A DNA stretch of 60,736 nucleotides, counting the filler, from Globobulimina sp. (taxonomy: Eukaryota): assembly GCA_003354225.1 (NCBI GenBank). It is 10 parts of 10 records of this genome, joined end to end, with 100 filler letters (N's around TTAATTAATTAA, not from the genome) between each part and the next. Parts side by side here need not be neighbours in the genome. Positions count along the whole stretch, not along the records: positions 12,191 to 18,178 come from PIVH01000383.1; positions 18,279 to 24,266 come from PIVH01000384.1; 8 more parts are not named here. One strand, given 5' to 3'. The notes beneath the pieces are model-generated. The model worked only from the letters and a program-made list of their open reading frames with translations, did not search any database and was not told where the DNA came from. Positions 12,721 through 24,366 of the stretch are shown in pieces (within the stretch, counting starts at the first letter, position 1; every line of letters begins with the position of its first letter). Position numbers and translations under genes: made by a program.

Positions 12721-13658
12721 ATGTTTCTATTTTTGTTGCTAGTTGTAAAAACATTCATTATAATGCAGCTGTATTCTGTGTATTCGATTATGATCTCTAA
12801 TTTTATACTTTGAACTATATATAAGTCCGACATTTTTGAATTTATTAATTCCGAATATTTGGTGAACATTATCACAGCAGAAATAGTAGAAATAAAAAAA
12901 TTTCCTTTAAAAGCGATGCAAATCAATTTCCATCGCGCGGGAACAGCCTCAACAGCGAGAGCTCTAAATATGTTGGGTATTGGCCCGACGTGGCATCTTT
13001 GTTTAACAGTCGACGTCGACGCAAAGAATAAATATATTGGGTTTAACAGTCTGCAATATTGGGTTAAGCATAAAATGGATTTAAGAATAATGCAAAATGA
13101 ACTTGGCTGAATATTATCCAATGCCCAATAATTATGGATGTGCCAGTTTCGTTACATTGGGAAACTTTATTTAAATGGTACCCAAATTGTAAAATTATTC
13201 TTTGTGTGAGAGATTTTGATAAATAGCATCAAAGCGTATCAAAGAATATTGATGGCATTTTTTTTAGTGGTTGGTATACATTTTTTGCTTCATTTTTACC
13301 GATAAATGGTTGGATGCAGTGGTATTTAACTCAACTAACAAACGAATGGGATATTCATCACAAAGAAAATTGTAAAAAAATATTTAATGAATACATTCAA
13401 AATGTTAAAGAAATTGTACCATCAAATCAGTTGTTGATATATGATGTAAAAGATGGATGGGAGCCATTAATTAAATTCTTTCATGTTACAAAGCCTTCAG
13501 ACGTCGCATTTCCACATATCAATGATGGACAAACATTAAAAAGACAGGCTCAAATTGCAATTATTGGTGAATTGATATTAATTTTATATCCTTATGCTGC
13601 TATTCTAATGAGTGCTGTCGTTCTCATTATTTTCATCGATCACATGAATATGTTTTAA
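12721..13658 (+). pseudogene. Sulfotransfer_4-family (P-loop sulfotransferase-like) pseudogene with membrane anchors
   Basis: FHRAGTASTARALNMLG.GPTWH; DVPVSLHWETLFKWYPNCKIILCVRD; VKEIVPSNQLLIYDVKDGWEPL..F....P...FPHIN. In-frame TGA (12811), TAG (~13224) at a conserved Trp position, and a frameshift near 13100. Confidence 0.85.
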
Positions 13659-13740
13659 AATGTAGTTTTTTTTTTATTATTAAATTTAGTGAAATTATAA
13701 AATTCTTGATAAAAAAACTTCCGAGGTGTATAACATAATC

Positions 13741-16419
13741 ATGTCGGTTTTGTCTGCAGCAGAGTTATTGACCATACTTTCTACAAAGCTCACACAAGTG
13801 ACAGAACATGAAAAACCAGCAACAGCCAAAAAAAATCAACAAGTACCAACCAACAAACAAACGCAATCGCAGCAATTACATAAAATTGTACAAAATATCC
13901 CTGCACCAAATGGTAAAAAAGAAAATGAATTTGATTCAAAAGCCGCTGCATTATTATTCTGGAATCAATTAAAAAATGTACCAAAAAATACAAATATTGC
14001 ACGTATTTGGTATGAATCAAACAATTGCAACCCAATGACACTAAGAATATGGACAATTGTTGAAGCATATGGTCGTCCAAAAGATAAACATATTATTAAA
14101 AAATATCTCCATGAAAAATATTCGACCGAATTCTTCCAACTTAAAAAAGAAAAAACAAAAAACAATGATGATGCACTCAAAATACATCAGATATCTGAAC
14201 CAAATAAACCTAATATTGCTTTAACGCATTTTTCAGCACAAGAAAAATTAATATTCCCTCATCGCGAAAATGGAAAAACATTCGAAGGAATGAATAAAAT
14301 TATTGCCAAATATTACCAATATATGCAAGATAACACATATTATAAACAAGATGCCAGAGGCAAATTTTTAGCATTTTGCCAAGATAACAATTTAAAAGAA
14401 AATAACTTTTGGTGCCAGTTATTTGAAGTACTTATTGAAAAATGCATTTATTTGAAATTTGACAAACAGTTTCCATTATTTTATCGAAAAAAGAAGAAGC
14501 CAACGCGACGATATTCGTCAGACATTGAAGGGATTGATAAAGCATTTGCTGATTATTATATTTCATTGGATTGCGGCGAGCAGTATTTTGATGAGAATGG
14601 CGATGGTTTATTTGAGGTTTATTGCGAAGAAAACGATTTAGATTTTGATACTTTAATTGATGAGATAGAGACTGATGATGCCGACGAATGCAGTTTAATT
14701 GAAATGGACTATGAGTTCCCATTGGAACAGTTAAATAACAATATATATGAATATGATGTCGATATGGATCGCGAGCAAAGAATTTTTGAGGTTGTGAAAT
14801 ATATTTTTGTTTGGGGCTGTTCTCCAACTGATTATTATGTCAATTTAGCACATAATCAATATAAATTGCGAGATTTTCTACAATATTGTTATGAAAATGG
14901 ACAACCGTTAAAACCATTGATGACAATTTTGGATTATGATTTAGATATTGATAATGCAGAAACTTTGCAGATTGCAAAAGATATTATTGAGAAACAGACA
15001 AATTGTGTGTTTTATGAAAATATTAAAAATGACGTGCATTATCGGAAAATATTTTCAATTGGATATAATCATAGAAACTACAATTTTTTATTGTATTTAA
15101 TGGATTCGTATGAAAGAGAAAAGTTATATGAATATGGCCAACATAGCAAAGAGTTTAAATTTGATATTAAAGCATGGATTGATAATAATTGGGTATTAAA
15201 TAATATATTGAAAGATACAAATATTACAACTGATTACTTACGCTCTGCGCTCAGGTTTGTGTATGACTGTATATAATGAGTGTTGGTGCTGAGTCGAATT
15301 TTATTTATATACATAACTTACAGCGGCAACATTCGTCATTTTCGCAAGACATTAATATTAAATCCACACATAAAGATATATGACGATATTGAGACAATAT
15401 CTCGATATATTATATCATTTACGGAGTTTATTAAATTATACCTATTGCAGTATAAACATATAATTGTACCATTCCAAATTGATGCAATGATCGCAATCAA
15501 TAAATGCAAACAATATGCAATAAATATTGAGCCATATATGTTTGGCCGCGGCACCGGTTTGGATGAATTGGAAGAGGTTGAACAGAAACAATTTGATGTT
15601 GCTGATTGTATCGGTGATGTTATTGATAAATTGACAAATGAGAAATGTTTATATGTTAACAGGGAAATAAAAGATATTGAAAATATAAATAACATATTAG
15701 CGGAATGTTTTGATGAATTTAAAGATAACTTATTTAAAACTTATAACTGTGATGGAATGTATCCATCGCATCGACGGTTTTGTATATTTATCGATCGAAG
15801 AAGTATTCGCGATGCACATAAGAATGAATTAATTATATTTTCGCCACCAAATAATTGTAATATAATCCAAAAGGACCATATTCCACAAGCAATGAGTGTA
15901 ATGTCTAGCGAATGTTTAATACCACAAAGAGGATATAATTTGGGTGAAAATAAATCACCGCGGCAGATGATTCAAGCAAATAAAGAGAAAATTACAATTA
16001 ATAGCCATTGCAAAGGACAACTGATGACATTTAGTTTTCATATTGAACAAATGAATGAGATTCGATGTTATATGCATTGGTTTGGACAGTCGATAAGATT
16101 TTATCCCCAGGATATTGTGCAAGTATTACCGATTATATTTGATAGCAAATATTCAACAAAAAATAGAGATTTCAAGGAAAGCGAATTAGCAAAAAGAATG
16201 ACAAATGGTGCATTATTAAAAGATATTTATTTTGAACATTTTTATAATCATTTGACAAGGAAAGAAAATAATATATTCCCAACACATAAATATGATGAAT
16301 GGACATGGCCAAAGAATACACAAAATTTAGTATTTGGATATTTAAGATTATGTAAAGAATATAGTCAATTTATTGATGATATTAATAATATTGTTTTGCG
16401 ATATTTCTGTTATTATTAA
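13741..16419 (+). CDS. Hypothetical ~870-aa protein with an internally duplicated ~70-aa domain; intron 15255-15323
   Basis: A GTTTGT...TTACAG 69-nt intron joins the two long ORFs in frame (ALS-GNIRH). Two copies of EG..K..A.YY.......Y...D..G.F..FC..N.L......C.....D..FPL. C-terminal LVFGYLR...DI.NIVLRYF motif. Confidence 0.75.
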
Positions 16420-16489
16420 AGGTGTTTTGTCCCTATTAAACCCTTACAACATTAGTCATTTTTATAAAACAACTCTCCGGAAATTTCGC

Positions 16490-18178
16490 TTATAACAATA
16501 AAGCAACAACAATAACGAAAATTATACAACATGCAATTTTATAACACACAACACCATCAATGTCTTGTTGTTGAGTCGGTGGCAAAGTGGTTGTTGGTTC
16601 ACTTGTTGGTGATGGTGTATATAGAAACGCTGCTTGATACTCCATTTCCTGGCAACCGATAAAATGAATGGTTAACAGCGTGGATTGTGAACCATTCTCC
16701 TTTTCAATATCAATTGGACTGTCAAACCACGGATAAAATATTGCTCGTCCTTCTCTATTATTATCACATTCATCCAATATTTTATCATTTATTTGCGATG
16801 GTGAATACATATCATTTTGTGGTCCATTCCAATTGAAGTTAAAATAAATATCATTATCAGAATCAACAACGACATTAAATGTATTATTCCAAATATTATT
16901 ATAATGGACACCGACTGGTGGCTCACTGGTATACGTATCATAATAGACTCCGATATTATTTCCAGATATGTTACACCACGAAATATTAATATGACCGGCA
17001 TGTCGCACATAAACTGCTCTGTATAAATTGGAGAAAACACAATGTGTCACATTTACATATTCGCCACGTAACCAAATACCAGCGTCATCGTAGGGTATTT
17101 CATATGAATCATTATATTCGCTCCATGAACCTGTGATTATCACATTTGATACAGATGACAAACTATCAAATCCGTCCAAAACCAGAGCGGGAGGGCTGAA
17201 ATCCTCAAAAATGCAGTTATCGATTATTGTTTGTTCTGCGCGGACACATTCGCTGCAATTATAAAACACTGAATCGAATAGAAAATGTGTTCTATCTTCA
17301 AAATTAACAATGCGCTCAAAATAAACACCAGCTGATACATTATAAAATGCACAGTGATTCACAACGTTTTCGTAAGCACTTCCTTGGGAATTACTGCGAA
17401 TCCCACAACTCAAATCTCTAAATTCTACATTACAAAATTGTCCATTTCCGTCTTCTTGTAATTGAATACATCCATTTCTTTCGCCATTGTGACTGTGAAT
17501 GGATATTTTTGTTTGCTCGTCATATATTCCTGCAATTCCACCCGCATATTGCGTAGTATCTACATCATGACATCCAACACTAATGGAACCGTATACATTT
17601 ATATCGAAATCATCCATAAAAATAATCTCCACATCATTGTCAATAAAAAGAGTGAAGCCCTCTTTAATATAAACATCTGTTGTTACATAGTAAGTGCTAC
17701 TATTTCCAGCATCTAATATCGAATCAGTATATGCATAGACTGCGCCTAATCTATTTTCCGTTATTTGAGGGAATGTATCAGGTCCATAACATGTAAACGT
17801 AGCAGGAACGTGCTCTGTTGGTAAATTTGTTTTGTCATTAAAATCAATTTGGGCCACATAATATGGCCAAAACTCAATTAAATTTGCAGTATATCCACTG
17901 CAAATATCATTTATTGTTTTACCAACAGCAATATCATCAACAATATCAATACCATAATAATTATATTCGCAATTTAAATGATCTCCTGGATTATCAGAAC
18001 TTGCTTGCAAAGTGATGTCATTGTTAATAAAATTGTTATAATTTATTCTCATATAATTATGCACGTCAATGCTAATGTTATTATTTTGGAACAAGTTATA
18101 TCGGATAGTACTGTTACTTTGCTTTTTTGTAGCAGAGCGAATGCCATAATAACCTCCATTGATCTCATTGTCTTCAAA
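16490..18178 (-). CDS. Right-handed beta-helix cell-surface protein with P/T stalk and C-terminal TM, 5' partial
   Basis: Frame is open to the contig end. Repeated N/C-x-F turns and GI-x-x beta-helix repeats, two YNN...N.(W/Y)G...I.D.C...F.P(W/Y) modules, a TPSPTSEPTTTLPPT stalk and a terminal hydrophobic helix. Confidence 0.8.
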   Translation of the reverse strand, partial: FEDNEINGGYYGIRSATKKQSNSTIRYNLFQNNNISIDVHNYMRINYNNFINNDITLQASSDNPGDHLNCEYNYYGIDIVDDIAVGKTINDICSGYTANLIEFWPYYVAQIDFNDKTNLPTEHVPATFTCYGPDTFPQITENRLGAVYAYTDSILDAGNSSTYYVTTDVYIKEGFTLFIDNDVEIIFMDDFDINVYGSISVGCHDVDTTQYAGGIAGIYDEQTKISIHSHNGERNGCIQLQEDGNGQFCNVEFRDLSCGIRSNSQGSAYENVVNHCAFYNVSAGVYFERIVNFEDRTHFLFDSVFYNCSECVRAEQTIIDNCIFEDFSPPALVLDGFDSLSSVSNVIITGSWSEYNDSYEIPYDDAGIWLRGEYVNVTHCVFSNLYRAVYVRHAGHINISWCNISGNNIGVYYDTYTSEPPVGVHYNNIWNNTFNVVVDSDNDIYFNFNWNGPQNDMYSPSQINDKILDECDNNREGRAIFYPWFDSPIDIEKENGSQSTLLTIHFIGCQEMEYQAAFLYTPSPTSEPTTTLPPTQQQDIDGVVCYKIACCIIFVIVVALLL

Positions 18179-18278
18179 NNNNNNNNNNNNNNNNNNNNNN
18201 NNNNNNNNNNNNNNNNNNNNNNTTAATTAATTAANNNNNNNNNNNNNNNNNNNNNNNNNNNNNNNNNNNNNNNNNNNN
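18179..18278. other. Artificial contig spacer 3
   Basis: Same linker. Confidence 0.99.
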
Positions 18279-18417
18279 ACGCATTATCTTCTCCACTCAT
18301 TCCTGGAAATTGAGAGATTTTCTGGGATTGTGCTTGTGATTTGGACATACGAGGCCTTTTGGAGGGGCGCATATCCCCATCATTGCCTGTGTTTCGATTT
18401 CTTTTTCTAGAAGACAT
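18279..18417 (-). CDS. N-terminus of an unknown, probably nuclear protein (3' partial)
   Basis: MSSRKRNR...RPSKRPR bipartite NLS-like start; frame open to the contig end. Confidence 0.55.
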
Positions 18418-18483
18418 GGTTAGTGTTCTTGGTCTCAGGCTGAAGTTTTATTTAAGTTGTTTTTAAACAAAGCAACAAAAAGC

Positions 18484-21400
18484 ATGGATTTGAATAAGAT
18501 CCAATCAGAATGCTCAAAATGCACTATTCAAATGCAATCTGTACTCTCCGATGTCACTAATTACATTAATGAAAACTTACAAAGTGTACCAAAGGCACAA
18601 AATGAAATCAATGTGAAAATAGCACAATTAAAGGATATGATTTCCAAAATTGAGACACATTTACAAATAATGCCATCGAATGATGAAGAATTTAGTGAAT
18701 TATTAAATCAACTCAATGAAGAAAAAGAAGAAAAAGAAGAAAAAAAAAGCAATGTAACTTGTGATAATAATCATGCATTAAAACATATGACCAACAATGA
18801 CTTAAAAAAAGAGAATATTGCATATGCAAATGGTTATATTTGTGACGTTTGTCGTAAATCAAAAGATTCTTCCTTCGCTGTCTGGCATTGTTCCCAATGC
18901 GGTTATGATTTATGTCCACATTGTTCTGATAAAAAAAGCGGCCGCGGCTCTGACAACCAAATAAAATGCGCGCGAGGACATGAAATAAAATGGGCGCCAA
19001 CCGGATATAAAGGACGATTTTGTTGTGATATATGCAGACAATCTGTAGATGCTAAATCTGCGCATCGTTGTACTATTTGTGGCTATGATCTATGTCAAAA
19101 TTGTTTTGTCAAACAAGGTGGCGAAATAATTCCTGTTGTAAATGAGGAAAAGGCAAAATGTCAAAAAGGACATGAATTAGAATGGGCTCCCACTGGTTAT
19201 TCAGCTGGTTACCGATGTGATATATGTCGTATAGTAAACAGTGCAAAATCTGCCCATCGTTGCAAGATTTGTGGTTATGATTTATGCCAACAATGTTTTA
19301 GCGGAGCAAAATCACCAAATGCACCAACAAAAAGTGCTGCGACAACCTGTGCCAAAGGACATTTATTAAAATGGATGAAAACGGGTTATCGTGGAAATGT
19401 TTTTTATTGCGACATATGTCGTAAATCTGTAACATCCGAATTTGCGCATCGTTGTAGTAGTTGTGGCTATGATCTATGTCAAGAATGTTATGCCAAAAAA
19501 AATAATGCTCAATCTGACGCCTTTCATTTTGAATTAAAAGCCGATGATGATAACAGTGCTATTTCGTGCCATAATAAGCATACACTTTTATTAGTATCGC
19601 ATCCTGAATTAATATCGTTACATGGTTACAATTATGCGGCTGGTTATTTTTGTAATATTTGCAAAACAGAGTATGTAAATGTTGATACTTGGCATTGTAA
19701 AATATGCAGTTATGATATGTGTCTGTCGTGTTACGAACGAGAACATGCAAAGCAGAACGTTGACAATGTTAATAAAGTGCGGAGTGTAGATATCAATAAA
19801 TTGTTACAGGTCCAAATCCGCTGTGCCGAACATCATATTTGTAAATATGCGACAACCGCTGCTATGATCAAAATTAATGTTGGTTATTCAGGCGGTTTTG
19901 GCTGCGATACTTGTAAACAAAACTATAAATGGAACAGCGCAATAAGTGGGGCCTGGCAATGCTCCATTTGCTCATTTGATACTTGTACGAATTGTTTGCA
20001 ATCAGTGCAATGTCAATCTAATGATATAAACGACAAATTTGCATTTAAATTGATGGATTGCATTAAATATCAGCAATATTATACATTTAGTGATGTTATA
20101 AAAATATTGACGGATAAAGCAAACAAAACTAAATTTAATATCAATTATATTATTAATAAATATTGTGATAAAGATTCAAAATTAAATGTCTTGGTCTGTG
20201 CAGTGCGCCATTCTGCATTGTCTGAAATGAAAGTCGTGTTTGCAAAATGTGCGGGTGCTGATTTAAACGGTGCTGCATTGAATGGCACCACTCCGATTAT
20301 CCAAGCTGCAGAAAATGACAGTGTCGAAATGGTAGAATGGTTATTAAGTAACGGGGCATCGCCAAACTCCATTAACAATTATGATGAAACCGCAATGTGG
20401 CATGCCTGTGCTCAAGGAAACGTTGACATTATTAAATTATTAATAAAATATGCGTTCGATTGGAACAAATTTATTAACAAAGCAAGCAGCAATGCCATGG
20501 GTGCTACCCCATTGCTTATGTGTTGCTTAAATGGAAACGTGTCATGTTTACGATATTTATTTTCAATCCAAGGCAATTATAACACCGCCATTGATGTTCA
20601 TGCTAAAGCGGTGAAAAACCAAAATGCGTTGATTTTGTCGACACTCAGTAACTACACTCAAGTCGTACAGTTTTTATTTGCAAAGACAAGGTTTTTAACG
20701 GGAAAACCGAGCATAATTAATCAACAGCGGAGCTCTGACCATAATGCGCCAGTTCATTTAGCTGCGCGATGGAATAATGTGCAAATATTGCAATTGTTGA
20801 AAAACAATGGTGCTGACATGACATTGATTGGGGAAAACAATTTGAACGCATTGTTAATCGCGTCAGCTCTCAATAAAGCATTGGCAGTGAAATATTTGAT
20901 TGAGTCGAAAAGTATCGATCCCAATTTCCAGGAGAAAGCCAATGGCATCACGGCATTAAATGCTTCGTTGGATCATCCCAACGGATTTGCTGTGTGTAAG
21001 ATTTTATGCTCCTATGATAATATAAAAATATTGGAACACAAACGGCAGAAATTTGACGTGTTGGACGTTGCGTGCATGAAAGGACGGGTTAAATGTTTAC
21101 AATTATTGCTGACCACATTAATTAAAAAAAATAATATCTCCAATTGGGAAGAATTCATCACATCGAAAATATTGACATCGGATAAAACGCAGTCATTTGA
21201 TATTGATGGCGAAAATCACTAAACAGGCCGCAATGAAGCATTTCTTAGAGAATTTGACAAAGAATGCATTAGCAAACGAAAATTTTGGTCTATTGACTGC
21301 AATGTGTGACTATGACGCGGGCACTGCGGCAAAAAAGAAAATCGAAATTGGGGAATCGGTATTATCTAAAAACGAAACGATTGCACATGTTTTAGTCGAT

Positions 21401-22759
21401 TATTTATCAAATCAAAATGAATCTGCTTTCGACATTGTGCACACATTAAATAATTCTGTTAATGCAATGATTGAAAATAAAGAGCCCATCAACGACATGT
21501 TGCTGTTTTTTGCAAATATTATTGACCAACAAAGATTGATGAATAGTTTGAAAGGCTCAATCCGTCAAAGCTTAAATGGTAGCAATACGCGCGATTATTC
21601 CTGGTATAAAACGTGTTTGTTGTCCTCGCATATTTGGAGTGTGCGGAAAGAGGAGAAAGAGACAGAAAGTGGAATATTGTTATTTGATGATATGAAAGCA
21701 ACAGTAATCGATAAGGAATTATCCAAACAGCAAATATTTTTATCGCAGCAAATATTGAATGAAACACAAAATGAAGCTGAAGCATGGAACAATATCGTGA
21801 CATTCCCAGAAATAAATATTGCTTTATCCGGCGTTATGACTCAGCAGTCGCTGCAGGACAAAGTTACGGCGGTGCAATATATGCAAAATGGCTGCCAGGT
21901 GAAATATACACAAAATGAGTTGTTTACTGATTTGATTACGGGCTTCGATGGACAGAGTGCCTATGATTTAGATCAATATTTGAATGATTTGGTGATCACT
22001 GCGCATAAAATCAATGCAGAGTTTCAAAGACAATGTCGTAAGTTATTCAATAAACAGTCGTTGGGAGTTGACTGTGTATTTAAACCCGCACCGGTTAAGA
22101 CCAAGGACAGATCGCAAATCAAAGCCACTGTGGACTACTTCGACAAACCATGGCCGACAACCAGCTCTATTCTGGACTTTGTGCGCTGTGGCATATCGTT
22201 TAAAAGTGCCAAGGATATGATGCTGGCTTTGATCAAAGCAAAAAGTTTAATTGATATATCGAAGAGTGCTGGCTGTATTAAACGGATTGCACGAATTAAA
22301 AATATGTTTAAAGCTGTTCCTGAATGGGGCCAAGACCTCGCAAAGTACACTTATTGCGATATAAAGTTTAATGTGGTGATTGAATATAACAATGTTGCAA
22401 TGATTGGAGAAATACAATTTTTATTGGATTGGATGCAACAGGCCAAGGTTTTGGGACATTCGCTTTATGGATTTGTACGGAATGAGGAATTTGTTAAGGA
22501 ATTATCCAATGAATGGTATGAGAATGCGACGGAGAAGGATAGAATGGGCGAATTGTTGAATATTGTGGCAATAAAAAATTATAAAAGATTGGAAAAGCAG
22601 TTGTTGTATGGCGATTTAAAGCAAATATTTTCGATTAAATTTATTCAAAATAATAAACAGAACACCTTAAAAGATTTGTTAATTCAAAATAAATGGAAAA
22701 AAGGTTTAAAATTATATGAAGCCACTTTAAAAAGATTTAGTCAACTTAATGCAAACTGA
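18484..22759 (+). CDS. Coiled coil - 6x ZZ/DC1-like zinc finger - ~9 ankyrin repeats - RelA/SpoT-like nucleotidyltransferase protein (one frameshift at 21196-21198)
   Basis: Six C..GH.L...Y..G..CD.C.......C..C.YDLC..C repeats. Ankyrin repeats such as GTTPIIQAAENDSVEMVEWLL. C-terminal PVK..RS..K, ILDFVR, RIKN.F, YCDIKFNV and EIQ......H.LY motifs. Removing one T at TCA TTTG ATA joins the two ORFs. Confidence 0.85.
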
Positions 22760-22833
22760 TTTTATGCTTTGTAAATATGTCAATAGTTTTTAAATTCTGT
22801 GCAATGCTTTTTTGTTGATCGCACTTACATTTA

Positions 22834-24033
22834 TTATGAGTCGATAATATTATTTGCAAGACGTCTTCTTAAACCACTTTGATTAATCAACAAAGTATCA
22901 TTCTTTTTTGATTCTGTTGACGGTGAAGCAGTGGCTAAGAGTGAAGGGGAAATCGACAGTGAAGACGAGCGTGATGTTGATGACGAGGAAGAAGCAGATG
23001 ATGCTGCCGATAGCACATTGTTTATTTCAGTTTCCTTTGCATCCATAATATCATCATCAATGTCAGCAATTGGCTGTGGATTCTCTTGATTTGTATAACA
23101 ATCTCTCACTTTATTGACTTGATAGCAGCATAATAGCAATGCAGGACTGGTAGCACCGCAGCAAATAAACGCAAATATAGAAATACTAAACAATGACGAA
23201 GTTAACCACCAGTGATACAAAAAATATTTAACGCCTTGCAGTTGAATATCAAAATGAATCGATGCGTCATAAATATTAAACTGATTCGTGGATAATTGGA
23301 GGACAGAAACACATGTTGGACTATCAAATTTTTCTTCAAATGCATGCATTATAGGAATTGTTAGATATTTATCTTCATTCCATATGCCCAAACAATACGG
23401 AATTATGAATATAATTTTCTTAATGATACGGATTGGCCATGATTCATATTTTAATAAAATCGGCCGTACTGATTTACGTAATAAGTGCCAGCCATACTTT
23501 TTTTTATATTTATCATTTGATACATATTCATATTCATACTCTTGCTCGTTTTTGTAATTGTTATCGCATGAATATAATGATAATTTTAGCATAACATTAC
23601 CAATGTCGTGCAGTGACTGTTTATGTGGAATATGGAGATTTATGGTAACATCATACATTTCGTTTGCTTTTAATGAGGATTGATGTTGTTTGACGGATTC
23701 AAATGGCAAATCAAATAAATAATATTCATATTCCTGATCAATATTGATTATGGATACTGGCGATGCCAATGAATAGTCAAAGAATATGGGGCGTTCATAA
23801 TGCAGTGCTGGTATCAGTAACCAATATAAAAATACATAACTTGAAACAGCCAAAAATATTGATAATGTCATAAAAAATATAGTAATTAATATTCGAACAA
23901 TGATCCAAAACAAACCAGGAAAGCGCCTCATACATTGACAGCATACTGAACAGCATTTTATTGTCGCAAATTGTATTCCCTTCAAAGCCAGAATTAAACC
24001 ATTGCACAGAATGCTTGTTAGCATAGAAGACAT
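22834..24033 (-). CDS. BSCL2: Seipin (lipid-droplet biogenesis protein)
   Basis: TM helix, then ERPIFFDY, YDVTINLHIP...IGNVML, RPILLKYES...IPY.LG..E and IYDASIHF...L.GVKYFLYHW, a second TM and a GLRRR C-terminus. Confidence 0.93.
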   Translation of the reverse strand: MSSMLTSILCNGLILALKGIQFATIKCCSVCCQCMRRFPGLFWIIVRILITIFFMTLSIFLAVSSYVFLYWLLIPALHYERPIFFDYSLASPVSIINIDQEYEYYLFDLPFESVKQHQSSLKANEMYDVTINLHIPHKQSLHDIGNVMLKLSLYSCDNNYKNEQEYEYEYVSNDKYKKKYGWHLLRKSVRPILLKYESWPIRIIKKIIFIIPYCLGIWNEDKYLTIPIMHAFEEKFDSPTCVSVLQLSTNQFNIYDASIHFDIQLQGVKYFLYHWWLTSSLFSISIFAFICCGATSPALLLCCYQVNKVRDCYTNQENPQPIADIDDDIMDAKETEINNVLSAASSASSSSSTSRSSSLSISPSLLATASPSTESKKNDTLLINQSGLRRRLANNIIDS

Positions 24034-24266
24034 GGTTTGATGAGTTGTGAAAATATTTTTACTAAAAGTGTTCTAAATAATACAAGCAAACAACTTCACC
24101 ATTTTAAGAATTTTAAGAATTATCCAAAAAATAGAAGCACTTTGTAGACATGCTTTCTTTTACATGAAAAATAAATAATGCAGCCAAAGAACTCTTCACT
24201 TCACTCACCATCCTTTCCCAATTTTTGGATCCAAAACAAACAAAACCAAAAGGTCCCCAAACGAAG

Positions 24267-24366
24267 NNNNNNNNNNNNNNNNNNNNNNNNNNNNNNNNNN
24301 NNNNNNNNNNTTAATTAATTAANNNNNNNNNNNNNNNNNNNNNNNNNNNNNNNNNNNNNNNNNNNN
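24267..24366. other. Artificial contig spacer 4
   Basis: Same linker. Confidence 0.99.

Noticed and set aside
12721-13658. Alternative genetic code suggested by TGA/TAG at apparent Trp positions
   Set aside because: In-frame stops occur only in sequences that also have frameshifts. Intact genes use TGG for Trp and end in TAA (importin, seipin), TAG (PARP) or TGA (F-BAR gene).
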